Shown piece after piece: positions 62,847 to 63,081 of a DNA stretch of 63,081 bases. The stretch lies in the IMG/VR virus record IMGVR_UViG_3300010373_000008, positions 1-63,081 of that record; one strand, given 5' to 3'. Each line of letters opens with the position of its first letter. Position 1 is the first letter of the stretch. The DNA is from a virus. The notes below the pieces were generated by a model. The model was not told the DNA's origin and made no database searches. It saw only the letters and a program-made list of their open reading frames with translations. Made by a program: the position numbers and the translations under genes.

Positions 62847-63081
62847 TTACTTCACCAGAGTAAGAGTAGGGCGTACTGGAATATCAACACCACCAGATAC
62901 TGCATCATCTAAACACATGGAACAGATAGGAGTCGTACCCCCAGCGCCCCATCCAATAAAGTCTTGGTCCCTAAGATCAATGTCAGCGGAACAATGACCA
63001 CATCCGTCTTTGACCATGTGCATGTATTGCGCTTCTGTTAAGTTCTTACCGCGAGGTCCTCGTGCAAATTTCTCTACTGGT
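62847..63081 (-). CDS. C-terminal end of the glutamine amidotransferase-like gene (joins 1..1343 across the overlap)
   Basis: Own translation: ...DFIGWGAGGTTPICSMCLDDAVSGGVDIPVRPTLTLVK, ending at TAA 62849..62847. Confidence 0.7.
   Translation of the reverse strand, partial: PVEKFARGPRGKNLTEAQYMHMVKDGCGHCSADIDLRDQDFIGWGAGGTTPICSMCLDDAVSGGVDIPVRPTLTLVK
62959..63081. repeat. Terminal direct repeat, copy B
   Basis: Identical to 1..123. Confidence 0.95.

Noticed and set aside
1-63081. Alternative genetic code (TGA read as Trp or another amino acid) to explain the in-frame TGA in the exonuclease gene
   Set aside because: TGA terminates many well-delimited, overlap-coupled genes here, for example at 3253, 3722, 5587, 6815, 13298, 45766, 48823 and 52062. 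The terminase N-terminal ORF ends in TGA followed directly by TAA. Long ORFs are otherwise contiguous under the standard code.

Overview
The window looks like one complete, gene-dense tailed-phage (podovirus-like) genome. Bases 1..123 are identical to 62959..63081, so the unit length is 62,958 bp. It is either circular or circularly permuted, and a minus-strand gene reads across the junction.

Layout:
- Leftward (minus) arm: starts near 15.7 kb, runs down through base 1, wraps to 63,081 and ends at 45,451. It carries small early genes, a visibly GC-richer cassette, tRNA genes with an HNH endonuclease, an amide/peptide-ligase cluster, and replication and nucleotide-metabolism genes. The ligase cluster holds a class-II glutamine amidotransferase, two glutamine-synthetase-like amidoligases, an ATP-grasp enzyme and a gamma-glutamylcyclotransferase-like protein. 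The replication and nucleotide set holds primase, a DnaB-like helicase, a family-A polymerase, SSB, RNR alpha and beta, a MazG-like protein, a ThyX-like protein, FEN, an endonuclease-I-type resolvase and a PolB-exo-like exonuclease.
- Rightward (plus) arm: 16.3..45.45 kb. It carries the GH24 endolysin, terminase, portal, scaffold, an N4-gp56-type capsid protein, large virion proteins including an 1882-aa HExxH protein, tail fibres, a collagen-like protein and spanins.

Most unusual region: 13.0..17.7 kb, where the two arms diverge. It contains perfect 47-bp inverted repeats around a GC-rich five-gene cassette, a 27-bp direct repeat with a 7-bp stem / 3-nt loop hairpin ahead of two leftward units, a 27-bp inverted repeat enclosing about 0.5 kb of ORF-free hairpin-rich DNA, and a further 0.85 kb hairpin-dense ORF-poor leader with a duplicated 18-nt hairpin.

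Other oddities:
- A tRNA whose 5' and 3' halves are separated by an HNH gene and a tRNA-Arg.
- A terminase large subunit split into two overlapping ORFs.
- An in-frame TGA in an exonuclease gene.
- Two long gene overlaps.

All functional calls rest on motifs read by eye. No database search or computation was run.
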